A stretch of DNA of 64,000 nucleotides from the human T2T-CHM13v2.0 reference genome, Homo sapiens, in assembly GCF_009914755.1 (NCBI RefSeq), contig NC_060936.1; one strand, 5' to 3'. A program made the position numbers and the translations under genes. Positions 43,365-57,844 of this stretch are shown here, in pieces. The notes beneath the pieces were generated by a model. That model searched no databases. It was not told the DNA's origin and saw only the letters and a program-made list of their open reading frames with translations. Positions within the stretch are counted from its first letter, which is position 1. The number at the start of each line of letters is the position of its first letter.

Positions 43365-44640
43365 AGGAATTTTGACAGAGGTACCCAAGGAATTCACTGG
43401 GGGAAAATGAATGATTCAATAAATGATGTTATGATAATTAGATAGATAGCTATATGTAAGCATAAAAAATTTTTAAAACCTTAGGCCCTTATTATCATAT
43501 CATGCACAAAAATTAAGTGGATTATTGATTTAAATGTAAAAACAAAAAGTATAAAACTTTTAGAAAAAAGAGATTATTTGTGACATTGGGTCTGGCAAAG
43601 ATTTCTTAGATGCGATTAAAGATTTACAAAAGAAAAAATTGATAAATTAGACTTCATCAAAATTTAGAAATTTTGCTTTATCTGTGTAGGATACTGAAGA
43701 GAATGAAAAGACAAGTCACAGACTGGGAGAAAGTACAGGCAAATCACATATTTGTCAAATAACTCATATCCAGAATTTTTAAAGAACTTTTACAACTCAA
43801 TAATAACAAGACAAACAGCTCAATTTTTTAAATGAGGGAAAAATTTAAATATATTTCACATGAGAATATACTCAAATAGCCAGTGAGCACATGAAAAGAT
43901 GTTCAGCATCATTAGACATTAGCAAATTGCAAATTAAAACCACACTGAGGAACCCACTAGGAATGGCTATAATCAAAGACGATCAGTATCAAGTATTGCG
44001 GAGAATGTGGAGAAACTCAAACTCTGTTACACTAGTAATAGAAATATAAAATGTTAGAACCACTTTGGAAAGAGATTGGCAGTTTCTGGAAAAAATTAAT
44101 TGTAAATTTGACCAAGCAATTTTACTACGTAAGTATGTTAAGAATGAAAACGTGTGCACACAAAGATCTGTACTAAAATGTTGATAGCATTATTCATAAC
44201 AGCCTAACAGTGCAAATGTCTGTCAACTACTGTGAATGGAGAGACAAAATGTGTTTATTAATACAACAAAACTACCCAGCAATAAAAAGAAATAATTGAC
44301 TGATAAATGGTATACGATGACTGAACTTTAAAACCTTGATGCTGCCTAAAAGAGCCAGACACAGACTACACATTGTATAATTCCATTTTTATGAATTTCC
44401 CAGAAAGGCAAATTATAGAGACAAAACAAATCAGTGGTTGCCTAGGGCTGGTGGTGGACGTGGAGATTGACTGTAAATGGGACATGAGGGAATTTTTTTG
44501 TGGTGATAGAAATGTTATAAAACTAGATGTGGTAATAGTTGCACAACTCTGTAAATTCACTAAAAGTCACTGAACTGTACACTTAACCATAGGTGGGTTT
44601 AATGAAATGTGAATTACACTGCAATAAAACTAAATAAAAG
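43365..44640 (+). mobile_element. Old L1 (L1MB/L1ME-like) ORF2 end and 3' UTR
   Basis: aattgataaattagacttcatcaaaatt...aatgaaaagacaagtcacagactgggagaa...cagtggttgcctaggg...tgaattacactgcaataaa. Confidence 0.88.
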
Positions 44641-44839
44641 CTGAGTTAGTACCACTTGCCTTGGGTTCATTACTTTTTGTTCGTTCTTAATTATTCCCTT
44701 CACAGTTACTCCCCACTCTTCCCCTACCTTTTTCCATATTTCTTTACTCTTGAAAATTATTTTCAGTAGTTTTGCCTGCTGAGTTCACTGCCTTTTAGGT
44801 CACATTTAGACCTTGGGTTTCTATTACCACAAAAAAATT

Positions 44840-45010
44840 CCAAAATCTGGGTCCAAATTTCAACTCTATTCACTTATCTGTGTGACACTGGAGAAGCCTC
44901 TGAGTCTCTGTGTCCAGATTTGTTTACCAGGTAGAATATTAATAAGATCTATTATGTGAGGATTTGTGAATATTAAATGAAATCATATATATGAGACATT
45001 CTGTAAGTGC
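44840..45010 (+). mobile_element. MIR SINE
   Basis: ctgggtccaaatttcaactct...cacttatctgtgtgacactgg...cctctgagtctctg. Confidence 0.6.
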
Positions 45011-45254
45011 TAGCTGTCATTCATCACCTTAAAACAAGACTCATAAGTTGAAAGGCTGTGAACTGGTGAGCATCTAGAGCAGTGGTTCTTAATCAGAGCA
45101 AACTCAAAATTTAGGGAGGTTTTACAGACTGGCTCCACTGACAGGTCAGGTTGAAAGGTTTCTGGACCCTGAGAGTATGTGTGTGTGTGTTCTCCAGCTT
45201 CACAAATGGTTCTGCTATAACCCAATGGTAAACAAAACAACAACAGATTGCAGT

Positions 45255-45390
45255 GTAAGACTCAGCCCGTAGAATGTACAAACGCCAATTGTGAACCCTA
45301 ACAAACTCCAATTGTGAACCCTAACAAACTGTGGTCTCTGGGTGATAATGATGTGATAATGATAATTGCCGTATAAGGCTCATGTATTCA
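45255..45390 (+). mobile_element. L1MC-like 3' UTR fragment with internal tandem duplications
   Basis: cccgtagaatgtacaaac...gtgaaccctaa...ctgggtgataatgatgtg. Confidence 0.65.
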
Positions 45391-48300
45391 TTTCCAGTCT
45401 TGCTCCTCTCATTCCCTCCCTTTGGTTAGGTATCAGATGGAAGGCAGATACGTTTAAGTCATGAGTGAGATCCACCCATCCTCATGTATCAGTTACAAAT
45501 GCACTGTCCTACCTGCGTTAGGACAAATGCACTAAAACTGTATAAAGTCTTCAGAGGATATTCAGTTGTCATAGAAGTGAGTTATATCTTTGGTTGAGTT
45601 TTTAAACATTCATTCTTACTGGGGTAGTATTTGGGAAACATTGTATCAGGTTTTGCTGGTAGAGAAAGGGTAAATCAGTAAGTTAAAGAATAAGTGATAT
45701 ATAAGGATTTAAAAAAGAAGGCCTCAAGTTTAAAGGATATATGTAATTACAAGATGATCTCAATTTTAAATCAGAACACTTAAGTTGGATGTATAGGAGA
45801 CAGGAAATGCATGTTAGAGAGCAATTTAGTGGTATGGAGGAATTCATAAAGTGAATTTGAAATGAGTAAGTACTATGCCGGTGTGACTGGAATTACCACC
45901 TCTTTACCTGTCCTCATTTACCTGTTTTTCTGTCTGTCTCTTAGAGTTGACTCCCTCACTCTTCCATTATCCAGGGTATAGAACACTTCTTGCCATCTGC
46001 TTCCAGATTCCATCCCAGAATAATTAGTTTTTATCTCTTTCTTTCTTCCCATTGTTGACAGCCGTCACTTTCTAGTATTCGCATTGTCAATACAAGTTCT
46101 CCAGTCTCCACACCACCAGTTCCCAGGTCCTCCACTGTGCCATATCTCAGCCTTGACCTGGCTGTTTCCTCCTCTTTCTCTCTCCTGTCTAGTCTAGATC
46201 CTTAGTATTCACCTGGGCATTTCAGAAAGTTCACCCCTCTCACAAAGACTACTAATTGCCTTCCTTCAAATGCTTTCTCTCTTTTCTCTAAACTCTCTAG
46301 AACACTAAAGCACCTGTCTTTTGCTGTAATACTTAGATTAGTTATATGTATATGTACTCTTGCCTAGTCTTTCCTATCAGTTGAACTCTTTTAAAAGCAG
46401 AGATAGTTGTACTCATTTTTGTTTCCATTGTGTATTGCAGCGTACCGTGACTCATATATAACCTGTTCTCAAATAATACTTAGAGATCACAGTTAGATTT
46501 TTTTATTTGTTTCTTTTTAGTGAAGAATTTTCACTTTCTCATTTAGGAATCATAGAGCTTTCTTTGAGTACTGTAGGTAACTTACTCTTTCTACAGAACT
46601 ACCGCACCCCCATACATGCAGTACTTAGAGACACAAAACATATGCGTATTGACACATTTTAATTTTTGCGACCTTTTGATAACCTTGTCCCAGGAAGGGC
46701 CTTATCTTAGCTGTTTCCATGGGATGGCTATTTCCTATGTCTTCTTACCTTCCCACACCCTCCATGTTAAGAGGCAGGAGGGTAGAGGATTGTGAGGCTA
46801 CTGTTCTCAAAAATGAGACATTTATATAGAAGGGTGATTTACAATAGGGAAGTAATAGAGGTGACCAGGAAGGGTTGGGAAGAAGGGAAAAGCACTAATT
46901 AGCATATGGGTACATTTAAAGATGGGTCAGCCCCACTCTGTCAGTGACTTGCTGTCGTGAGCTTGGTGCATGTCAAGTGTTCAAACACTTCCTATTTTTG
47001 CTCATCTACCCAAGGTGAAAGTGGAAAGTAGATATGAAAGAGTTGTCTGGCTGGTTTTAGTGGGGCTGTACTAGATCTGGATTTATGGAGGAAAATTAAA
47101 ATGGAGCAGAGGAGAAAACTTCTTGACCATATTTTCATCATCCCAGACTAATGGCCATTGCAGCAATTTACTTAACAAACTAGGTGAATTATGTATTTGA
47201 TGGCATAAACATGCATACACAGAATATTTTGCTGATTTTTGTGCCATTTTTATAAAACTTTTTCTCAAACTTGCAACATTATTTAAAAATTTTTGTATAG
47301 GTTTGTCAATATTTGGGTGATGTATGATCTATAAATCAATTATTTAATATGTAAACAACAGATAAGAAAAATCCTATCACTGTAGTTTGAAGATAGCAAA
47401 CATTTTAATAAATACATTGAACATTTCAGTTTATTAGTCTTTATTAATATTTCCAAAGGAGAAGTTAAAATACCACTGCATAGTTTTCAGATTGTTTTAC
47501 TTGGTGAACAGGCAAGAGAACAGAATAAGAGATTGAAAAGTGAAATAAGGATAGTTTATAGTTTGTTTAATTTATCACTGGTCCCATTTACATTTTGGGA
47601 TCACATCTTGGATGTTTTGCAACTTCCAATTCATTCTAGCATTTTGGGATTCTTATGTTGACATAGTTAATTCTATATTGAAACCTAAGGACTTGTTATT
47701 TAATAAACTTGTAGAAATAATCATTTCCAGTTAAATGAACCACAAAGATTATGAAGTTAAAAACAAATCAGTTATCATTTGGTAGTTCTGTATAGTTTAT
47801 TGTCAGTTAATGATCTTTATTAAATTTGCAGCTTTCTCAGTTTATTTGCATGTAGGTCATCATATGCTGAGATGAAATACCAAGTCATTTAAATTAGATA
47901 CTGAGCATGCTCATATGAAGTACTTACTCTTGGAGACTGCGGTGTGGTTCAGTTTTCTTATAGTGGAAAGAGCAGAAAAGAGATCACGGTGTGCCCCTTT
48001 GTCATCGTTCTGTCAGGAAGCATGTAATTTGTCTTTAGAAACCAGAAGCCTGAGACAAAGAAAAGAACACAGATTTTTAGCAAAAGGCTATTTGGTGAGT
48101 TAATTGGCTGTTTTGTTCTATTTTGCTCTAATCGGTCAGTTATTCCTAGCTAGTCTATGTATTTACTTATATCTGCTGCTTTTTTGTACTGTGCTGAAGC
48201 TTTATGTAGCAAGCAACTTAGCCGAGATGGGGAGAAAATTGTTTCTGCAGTCTAAATCTTATTCTTCTGAAATATTTCCAGTACATTTCTGAGGTGACAA

Positions 48301-50776
48301 GTTCATAAATTGCTATGATGATACTTTCTCATGTTCTCCACAAATTTTCTTGCTGACTTGTTTTGAATAATGCTGGCGGAATTATGTGCCGAGATACTTC
48401 AGGATTTGTTTTTTTGGACAGTATAGCATTTTTGTTCTTACATCTTAATGAAATTACAATTTTTGCTTTCACATTTCTATATTGTATCTACCAAAGTAAT
48501 AGGTAAGACCCAGTTTGCATAAGATCAAAAATTCTTTAAAGAAAATGATAGGGTATATTACAGTAATATGTACACATATTATTAAAAAGGTCGTTTAAAA
48601 ATGAAAGTTTGCTGTGTAATACAGTTGATCATATAAACTATTCTAAAATAAAATGAAATTGACAACATTTTGTAAAATAAAAGGTGTTACAGTTATTCTG
48701 TATTCATATTTAGAATTCTATCTTTATTTACTGATTAGCTACAGAAGAGTTGCATGATAATAGTTTTGCCAGTTTAGGCTGTTACTTTCTCTGAGCTCAT
48801 ATTATGGTGATCAATAGGAAGATAATCTTATTTAAATGTTTTGTGATTTTTTTTTAAATCCAAAGTGTTCATGTTTTACCATGAAGTTAAAGGGCGATAT
48901 TTTTATGCATTTTCTCCATATTATGCTCTTATAATATTATGTAATATTTAAAATCTATACATTGTTATTTTCATGATGAACACAATTTTGATTATGTATT
49001 TATAATAGGTGAACTTGGCAACCAAATATTCAGAGTCTTCTCCTGGAGATTAAAATAGCATTACTCTGCTAGAGATAAACCATTATATGTTTTGATGATT
49101 TGAAGAAAAAGCATAAAATTACCATATTTATTTCCTTCGGGGAAAATCATGTTTGTTAGTACACATAAATGTCAGGTAGGGAATTTGAGGCTATAAGGTG
49201 CTATAAAGAGGTCTAGAAAAATGATGTGGGGGGTGGGAACGATAGGAAGAGACTACTGAAAGCTTAGTACCTTCAAATGCCAGGCAATTATGTGAGGCTT
49301 TCCTGAAATATCTTTATTTTGTGAACTTCCCCCACTATGCCATTTTCCAGGATTGGCACATATGAAGGAGGTGGGTGTATACTTAAGTTTATATATTCAT
49401 GAAAAGGGAGGGTTAGCGTTTAGAGATGAGGACTGGGTGACAGGACTCAAGAAATCTATTCCCACTTCTTTATACTGACTCACTTGTTTGACCTTGCACA
49501 TGATGCATACCTTGTTTATTTCTACTTACTTTTAGTGTAATACTTTACCATGGCAATAAAGTGGTTCATTTATAGTTTCTAAAGCAATAAAATTATTTCA
49601 CAGACTGTGACAAAGATTCATGAGGGGATAAGTCATTCGCTAATAGCCATTGTGGGAAGAAAACAAACAAGTATTGCTTTTCCGAATTCTATTAAATTTT
49701 TTTCAACTAAAATATTTCAAGTGTATAAAATCTATAAAGTCCTCTGTAGTCTTTGAAACTAATCTCAGAAATACATATTCTATGTGTATTATGTAATGGT
49801 GACAGATGTGGTTTTAACTTCTTTCTCATATTCACTGTAAACTTGATGATCACAAAATTTTCATGGCAAGATTGTATTATTATACTATTTTATACTATTT
49901 TCTCTTATTTTTTTAGTCCCAGATACCTCTAATCATAAGTCTTCATAGATCAATAGAAGAGAAATAATGAATAGAAGATCTATGAAAGAAAAGTGTGGAG
50001 AAATACTGGGAAAATGAAAGAAGAATACAGAAAGAAAAATTACCAATGGCAAGGGTGTCTTTGCCAGGTTTCTAGATATTAAGCATATACCTATCTATCT
50101 TATTCATTTCCAAATCATTACATTCATCTGCTCATTTAACTTAACATCTACCCATTAAGGAACACTTATTTCCTTAATTTTGATGAATCTCAGTAGTGCT
50201 TAAAGATCCTAAGTAGTGGTAGATGAAAATGGGTTTTGTGGTCAAGTACGTTTGGGGAATAATAGACCATAAAGGATTGTTCATAGCAGAACTTCTTGCC
50301 CTTTAATATCTTATTCAGAACCTTACCCTGGAACTTAATTTTTTCTGGCATATGGTTTACTTTTAAAAGGAAAAACTGTAATATATAATATTAAACATTT
50401 GGCAAGCATTTCAGTAATTGTAACTATGAATTTCTGTATTAAAATATCTGGATAAGTGAAGGAAAAATTGTCAGTTTGCTTTTTATCTTCTATTTTGTAA
50501 TCTTAGAATTACACGGTAATGAGAAGTAAAATGTATAATTAGTAGATAAGGTGATTGTAATAGTTATATAAGTTAAAATGGCATTTTTGAAAGCCACTAG
50601 GAGTGTAGTCAATGACTACTACATGAAATATTTATAATAAAATAGTAACCAAGTAAAGACTTTGATAATTCTCACAAGTTTCGACTCATTCTCTACTCTA
50701 GAGAACCTACTCTCATACTCTAAAGAACCTAGCATGGTGTTAGTCACAAAGTAGGCATTCAATAAATGTTTATCTA

Positions 50777-51073
50777 GGCCAGGTGTGGTGGCTCACACCT
50801 GTAATCCTAGCACTTTGGGAGGCCTAGATGGGTGGATCACCTGAGGTCAAGAGTTCGAGACCAGCCTGGCCAACATGGTGAAACCCTGTCTCTACTAAAA
50901 AATACAAAAATTAGCTGGGCATGGTGGAAGGCGCCTATAATCCCAGCTACTCAGGAGGCTGAGGAGGAGAATCGCTTGAACCCAGGAGTCGGAGGTTGCA
51001 GTGAACCGATATCATGCCATTGCACCCCAGCCTGGGCAACAGAGCAAAAACTCTGTCTCAAAAAAAAAAAAAG
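50777..51073 (+). mobile_element. AluS (Sq/Sx-like) SINE next to an L2 3' tail
   Basis: Full Alu with poly(A), preceded by L2-like agtaggcattcaataaatgttt. Confidence 0.95.
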
Positions 51074-51384
51074 AAGTTCATTTTTTCACTCGAATTTAAA
51101 CCTTCTGCCTCTTCATTGAAACACATCATACTCATGGAAGTAGAATACCTGTTGTCTGCTCCATTGGCCCAGCCACCTACTTTAGGGGACTTTTTCTTAA
51201 ATTGTATTTTGAAAAATTGATAGTTGGATTTGGTTTCCAGCTAAGCTCTCATTTTTTGGCACTCCTGTGAAATTTGAAACCTAATTTAAATAGCAGTTTT
51301 CTTTTCTGTAACCTAATGACTAATACATGTTCTCAAATCATTGTTTATTCTAAAAAGAGAGGATACAAATATTAACAGATCTAG

Positions 51385-51512
51385 GGGCAAGACTTCCTAT
51401 TCTTAGCTACTTAAGAGCCTGAGATGGGCTAGTTGCTTGATCCCAGGGTACTCTGCAGATCGAATGTTGGCCTCAAATATTTGACATCAATATGATTGTC
51501 CCTGAGAATGGA
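51385..51512 (+). pseudogene. Highly diverged 5' fragment of a 7SL RNA retrocopy
   Basis: cctattcttagctacttaagagcctgagatggg..ttgcttgatcccagg followed by S-domain-like tgcagatcgaatgt...gacatcaatatg. Confidence 0.55.
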
Positions 51513-51636
51513 GATAGATTGAGTTTCCATTAAGATTAGTGTAAAATTGATATTTTGGTAGTTTAGTAGCCATATTTTTCTCAAAATAAAGTACTAGAAA
51601 TTGAATATGCAATTCAGAGAGAAATAGTGAAAAATA

Positions 51637-52914
51637 TGAGGGGACTTCAAAAATTCATGGAAAATGGATATTGTGATAAAACTATGCATGGATTTAATAA
51701 ATTTTTTTACACCAAAATAAGCCTGTATGAATGTGTTATAGCAAGTCTGAACAGGACCTAGTTTGAGGCACTAAGAAGGATAAGACATCAGCTTGAAAAG
51801 AACTCCTATCAGAGCAACATGAATTCTGCTAAAATTGAAGGAAGAATAAACATCAAATTTATGGTAAAGCTTGGGTGGAAGGATGGTGAAATCATTGATG
51901 ATTCACAAAAAGTTTATGGGGACAACACTCCAAAGAAATCAGCAGTTTACAAATGGATAACTCATTTTAGGAAGGGACAAGACAATGTTAGAGATGAAGC
52001 TTGCACCAACAGACTATCCACATCAGTTTTCAAGGAAAAAATAAATCTTGTTCATGCCCTAATTGAAGACTGACAGTTAACAGCAGAAATAGGAGGCACC
52101 ACCATAGACTGCTTGATTGATTCAGTATACACAAATCTGACTGAAAAATTAGTTGAGCAAACTTTCCACTCAGTGAGTGCCAAAACTGTTGCACCCAGAT
52201 TAGCTCCAGAGAAGAGCAGAGCTTCCAGTGGAAATTTTAAACAAGTGGGATCAAGATCCTGAAGCATTTCTTTGAAGAATTGTAGCAGAAGATGAAATAT
52301 GGCTTTACCAGTATGGTCCTGAAAACAAAGTACAATCAAAGCAGTGGCTACCAAGAGGTGGAAGTGGTTTAGTCAAAGCAAAAGTGAACTGGCCAAGACC
52401 AAAGATCACAGCAACGATTTTGAAAGATGCTCAAGGCATTTTCCTTGTTGACTTTCTCAAGGGCCAAGGAACAATAACATCTGCTTATGAGAGTTTTGAG
52501 AAAGTTAGTCAAAGCTTTAGTAGAAATGTCTGGGAAGTCATCTTCACAGAGTTCTTCTCCACCACAACAATGCTCCTGCTCATTCCTCTCATCAAACAAA
52601 GGAATTTTGTGAGAGTTTCTGTGGGAAGTCATGGGGCATACATCTCATCATCCTGTTTTGGCTTCTTCTGACTTCTTGTTTCCTAATGTTAAAAAAATCT
52701 TTAACGGATGTCCATTTGTATTCAGTTAATAACGTGAAAAAGACTACATTGACATGGTTAAATTCTTAGGGCTCTCAGTTATTTAGGGATGGACTAAATG
52801 GCTGATATTCTCATTTACGAAAGTGTTTTAACCTTAATGGAGTTTTTGTTAAGGATTAGTTTATAATATTTATCTTTTCTTTCATTTTTCCACAGACTTT
52901 TTGAAGTCCCCTGA
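51637..52914 (+). mobile_element. Hsmar2 mariner DNA transposon, near full length (~1.28 kb)
   Basis: TA-flanked terminal inverted repeats (tgaggggacttcaaaaattcatggaaaa / tttttccacagactttttgaagtcccctga) enclosing a mariner transposase pseudogene. Confidence 0.95.
51819..52855 (+). pseudogene. Disrupted Hsmar2 transposase
   Basis: ORF 51819-52073 MNSAKIEGRINIKFMVKLGWK..KKSAVYKWI matches the Hsmar2 N-terminus; ORF 52384-52671 DAQGIFLVDFL matches the catalytic region; stops and frameshifts lie between; the HHDNA motif reads HHNNA. Confidence 0.92.
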
Positions 52915-53896
52915 TACATCTTAGTAAAATGTTACAAATATTCAGAGATTTTTATTTCTGACATTTTTAAAAGTATAAGTCCAAAATCTACTTTGTAAAG
53001 GTAACAAAGACTGTAAATCCAGAACAGAGGACCTGTGACTTATTAATACAAATGGAACTTTTCCCATTAGTTGTCATTTAACATGAATGATTTCCGGTGG
53101 AAGAGTTCTGGATTTTAGGAATTGGAATCTTCTCCCATTCTTCTTGATGTCTGGTGTACAGCTTGTCTGCTGTCTAGCACACATCTTTGGGTTATTTTCC
53201 ATTCCAGATGAGCTATGATTTTTTATGCATAATTTTTTGGAGCTATACATTTTCCTTGAGAATAAATATCTGAAATTATAGTTTAAGTCAATAAGAAAGT
53301 ATGATTTTTAAGTATATATCAGAAACATATTTTCCCTTTGAGGTCACATTGTCAGAGGCAGGAAAGGAAGAAGTGCAGCAGTTAATATCTAGCCAGCAAA
53401 ATTTATCTGGGAGATGGATTACTAAGGTTAATAAGAAGTAGAAATTATAGAGCAAAGGATGTGAATGTTGGGAGACTTAATCAGTGTATATGTTTCCTGA
53501 TTGGTCAGAGACATTGTCATTTTCACTGCCTTTTCTCCACTTTCTAAAGAGTTGATAAGGAAACAATTTTTTTTTTTATATTTGAAGAGTTGATCTATTT
53601 ATAAATTTTAACAATGACATTCAATAGAGTTACTGCTGTAAATCTAGACATTAACATGAAACTTAGCCGTGTATTTTAAGGCTTAAGGAGGTATTGTCTA
53701 GGGTTTATGGAGGAATATTACATTATATTCTTTTTCTTGTTTTTAATACTTAAAAATTATGAAATAATTATTGTAAAAAATTACAGATATACCAAAGATA
53801 TGAATAAGATAGAGAGTTGCCCCTACACTTTGTTCTTTGGTTTTATAACACATACCCTGCCCCCACCAAGTTGAATAATACTCCCCCACTTCAGAG

Positions 53897-54283
53897 TGTG
53901 TACTGATAATATTCTGATCCCAGAACCTGTGAAGGCTACTTTCTGTGGCAAATACTTAGCAGATGTGATTAAATTAAGGACTTTGAGATGAGGTTTTCCT
54001 TGATCTTGGTGGGGAGGGCGGTGGCGAATGCAGTCACAAGTGTCCTTAGAAGGGGAGGTGGGCAGAGGGAAATTTCAGAGAGCAGCGTGACTCCTGAGGC
54101 AGAGATGGAGTGATGGGACCACAAGCCAAGGCATGCAGAAGCTGGAAGAGGCGACCATGAACTTATTCTCCTTTACGGCCTATGGAATCCCTCTCAACAC
54201 CTTAATATCTGCCCATTAAAACTGATTTTGGCATGAATTCTGGCCTCTAGAGCTGAAAGAAAATAAATTTCTATTTTAAGTCA
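53897..54283 (+). mobile_element. MLT1 (B/C-like) MaLR LTR lacking its 3' terminus
   Basis: cagaacctgtgaa...gcagatgtgattaaattaagga...gaagctggaagaggc...ggcctctagagctg...aataaatttctattttaagtca. Confidence 0.85.
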
Positions 54284-54291
54284 ATAGAAGA

Positions 54292-54740
54292 TATCAAATG
54301 ACCTAGTCACAAAAAAAATTTATTTTAAAGATCTTAATTGGCTTTTATTTGCAATTCTAGAATCAGATGAGACCTCATCCTATAAAACAGAATGAGTGTT
54401 GTGATGAGCTGAGCAGAGGAGGTTGGTTTTATTGACAGAAAAGGGCTGAAGAAAGCCGAAACAGAGAACAAAAAGCAGTTTGGTTGTTTTAAAGTTACTT
54501 ACCTTTTTTAAAGTTTAAAGCAGGAGGTACTGCCTTATCATGCCAGCTAAAATTGGCCTGCTTGGGGATTTGGCTGTTATCTCCATTCCTCTCCCGATTT
54601 CTTGGAAGGTCAGATAAACAACTTGGTTTTGGCTTGGTGGTGTGAACTTCAGCATGAGTAACTCCATTTTGGTTTGGTCTGTTGAGCCTAGTGCAGGAGC
54701 TCAGTCCAAACCAATGAACTTCTATAAATTTTATTTAACG
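54292..54740 (-). mobile_element. ERV1 solo LTR (MER93-like)
   Basis: Reverse strand begins cgttaaataaaatttatag...ttggtttggactgagctcctgcactagg and has aataaaagccaattaagatcttta near its end. Confidence 0.75.
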
Positions 54741-54746
54741 GAGGCT

Positions 54747-54850
54747 TGTATTAGTTTCCAATGACTACTGTAACAAATTACCACAACATTGGTGACTTTG
54801 GTAATTCAGTCACATCTGCTAAGTCTTTGTCACAGTTGGGATCACGTGGA
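54747..54850 (-). mobile_element. MLT1 fragments (3' terminus joined to a 5' piece)
   Basis: tgtattagtttcc...tgtaacaaattaccaca (LTR end) followed by tcacatctgctaagtctttg...gggatcacgtgga. Confidence 0.75.
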
Positions 54851-54852
54851 AT

Positions 54853-54945
54853 AATCGCTTGAACCCAGGAGGTGAAGGTTGCAGTGAGCTGAGGTGATGG
54901 CCACTGCCCTCCAGCCTGGGAGACAGAGCGAGATTCCATCTTAAA
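54853..54945 (+). mobile_element. 5'-truncated Alu (end of right arm)
   Basis: aatcgcttgaacccaggaggtgaaggttgcagtgagc...gacagagcgagattccatctt. Confidence 0.9.
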
Positions 54946-55054
54946 TTTAAACATGGGGCAGCTATCAACCAAAGTCAAAAGAGAAACAAAAATATAAGGC
55001 ATCTGTTAAAACATTACTTTCAAGTAAATGTAAGCAGGTTTTGAAAAATTAATT

Positions 55055-55310
55055 GGCTGCGTGTGGTGGCCCACGCCTGTAATCCCAACACTCAGAGGCC
55101 GAGGCGGGCTGATCACCTGAGGCCAGGAGTTCAAGACCAGTCTGGCCAACATGGTGATATCTCATCTCTGCTTAAAATACAAAAATTAGCCAGGCATGGT
55201 GGCGGGTGCCTGTAATCCCAGCTACTCCGGAGGCGGAGACACAAGAATTGCTTGAACCCAGGAGGCAGACAGGGCAAAACCCTGTCTCGAATAAAAGAAA
55301 AAAAGAAAAA
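55055..55310 (+). mobile_element. AluS with deletion in the right arm
   Basis: cccaggaggcag|acagggcaaaaccctgtctc junction; TSD gaaaaattaat at 55043-55053 and 55311-55321. Confidence 0.92.
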
Positions 55311-55859
55311 GAAAAATTAATCCATGCTCATTAGTTTAGCTTTAATCTTAAATATTTATAACTTTTGAAATGTTGCATGACCAGTATGTTCATAAATTCA
55401 TCAAACATATCCTCACAGCATCTACAGGGAAGATATCATTCCCATTTCAGAAAGAGGAAAACATGATGAGAGTGGGTTTTTTTTTGTTGTTTTTTTTTTT
55501 TTTTAATTTCAGGCTCTCGGAGACTGTAAGTGGCAGAGTTAGAATTTAAGCCCAGATCTATGTAACTCCAAAATTCTTAATCTCTAAACTGAAGAATTGT
55601 TTTCAGTCTTGTTCCAGTACCTATACTAGATTTCCAAGAATTCAGACAACTCCTAATCTACCACATAGGGGAAATAGGGTCTATAAGAATATCATTTATG
55701 TCAGATAGTGAAACAAACATGAGATTATTTACACATTCCAGACCCAGGTGACCTAAATCTTCAAAGAAGGTGACTGATCCCTTTGGAGCAGGTGCTGCGT
55801 ACAGTGAGAGAGAAGTATGTGTATTGTGTGCAGCGGCATGGATGGGGAACGATTTCTTC

Positions 55860-57844
<1,985 letters not shown>

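Noticed and set aside
48315-48356. ATGATGA...CTGA pair resembling snoRNA C and D boxes
   Set aside because: Only ~40 nt long, with no terminal stem or evident rRNA guide.
54853-55290. Idea that the Alu fragment at 54853 is the piece deleted from the Alu at 55055
   Set aside because: The fragment overlaps both sides of the deletion and differs there (gacagagcgagattccatc vs gacagggcaaaaccctgtc), so it is better read as an independent truncated Alu.
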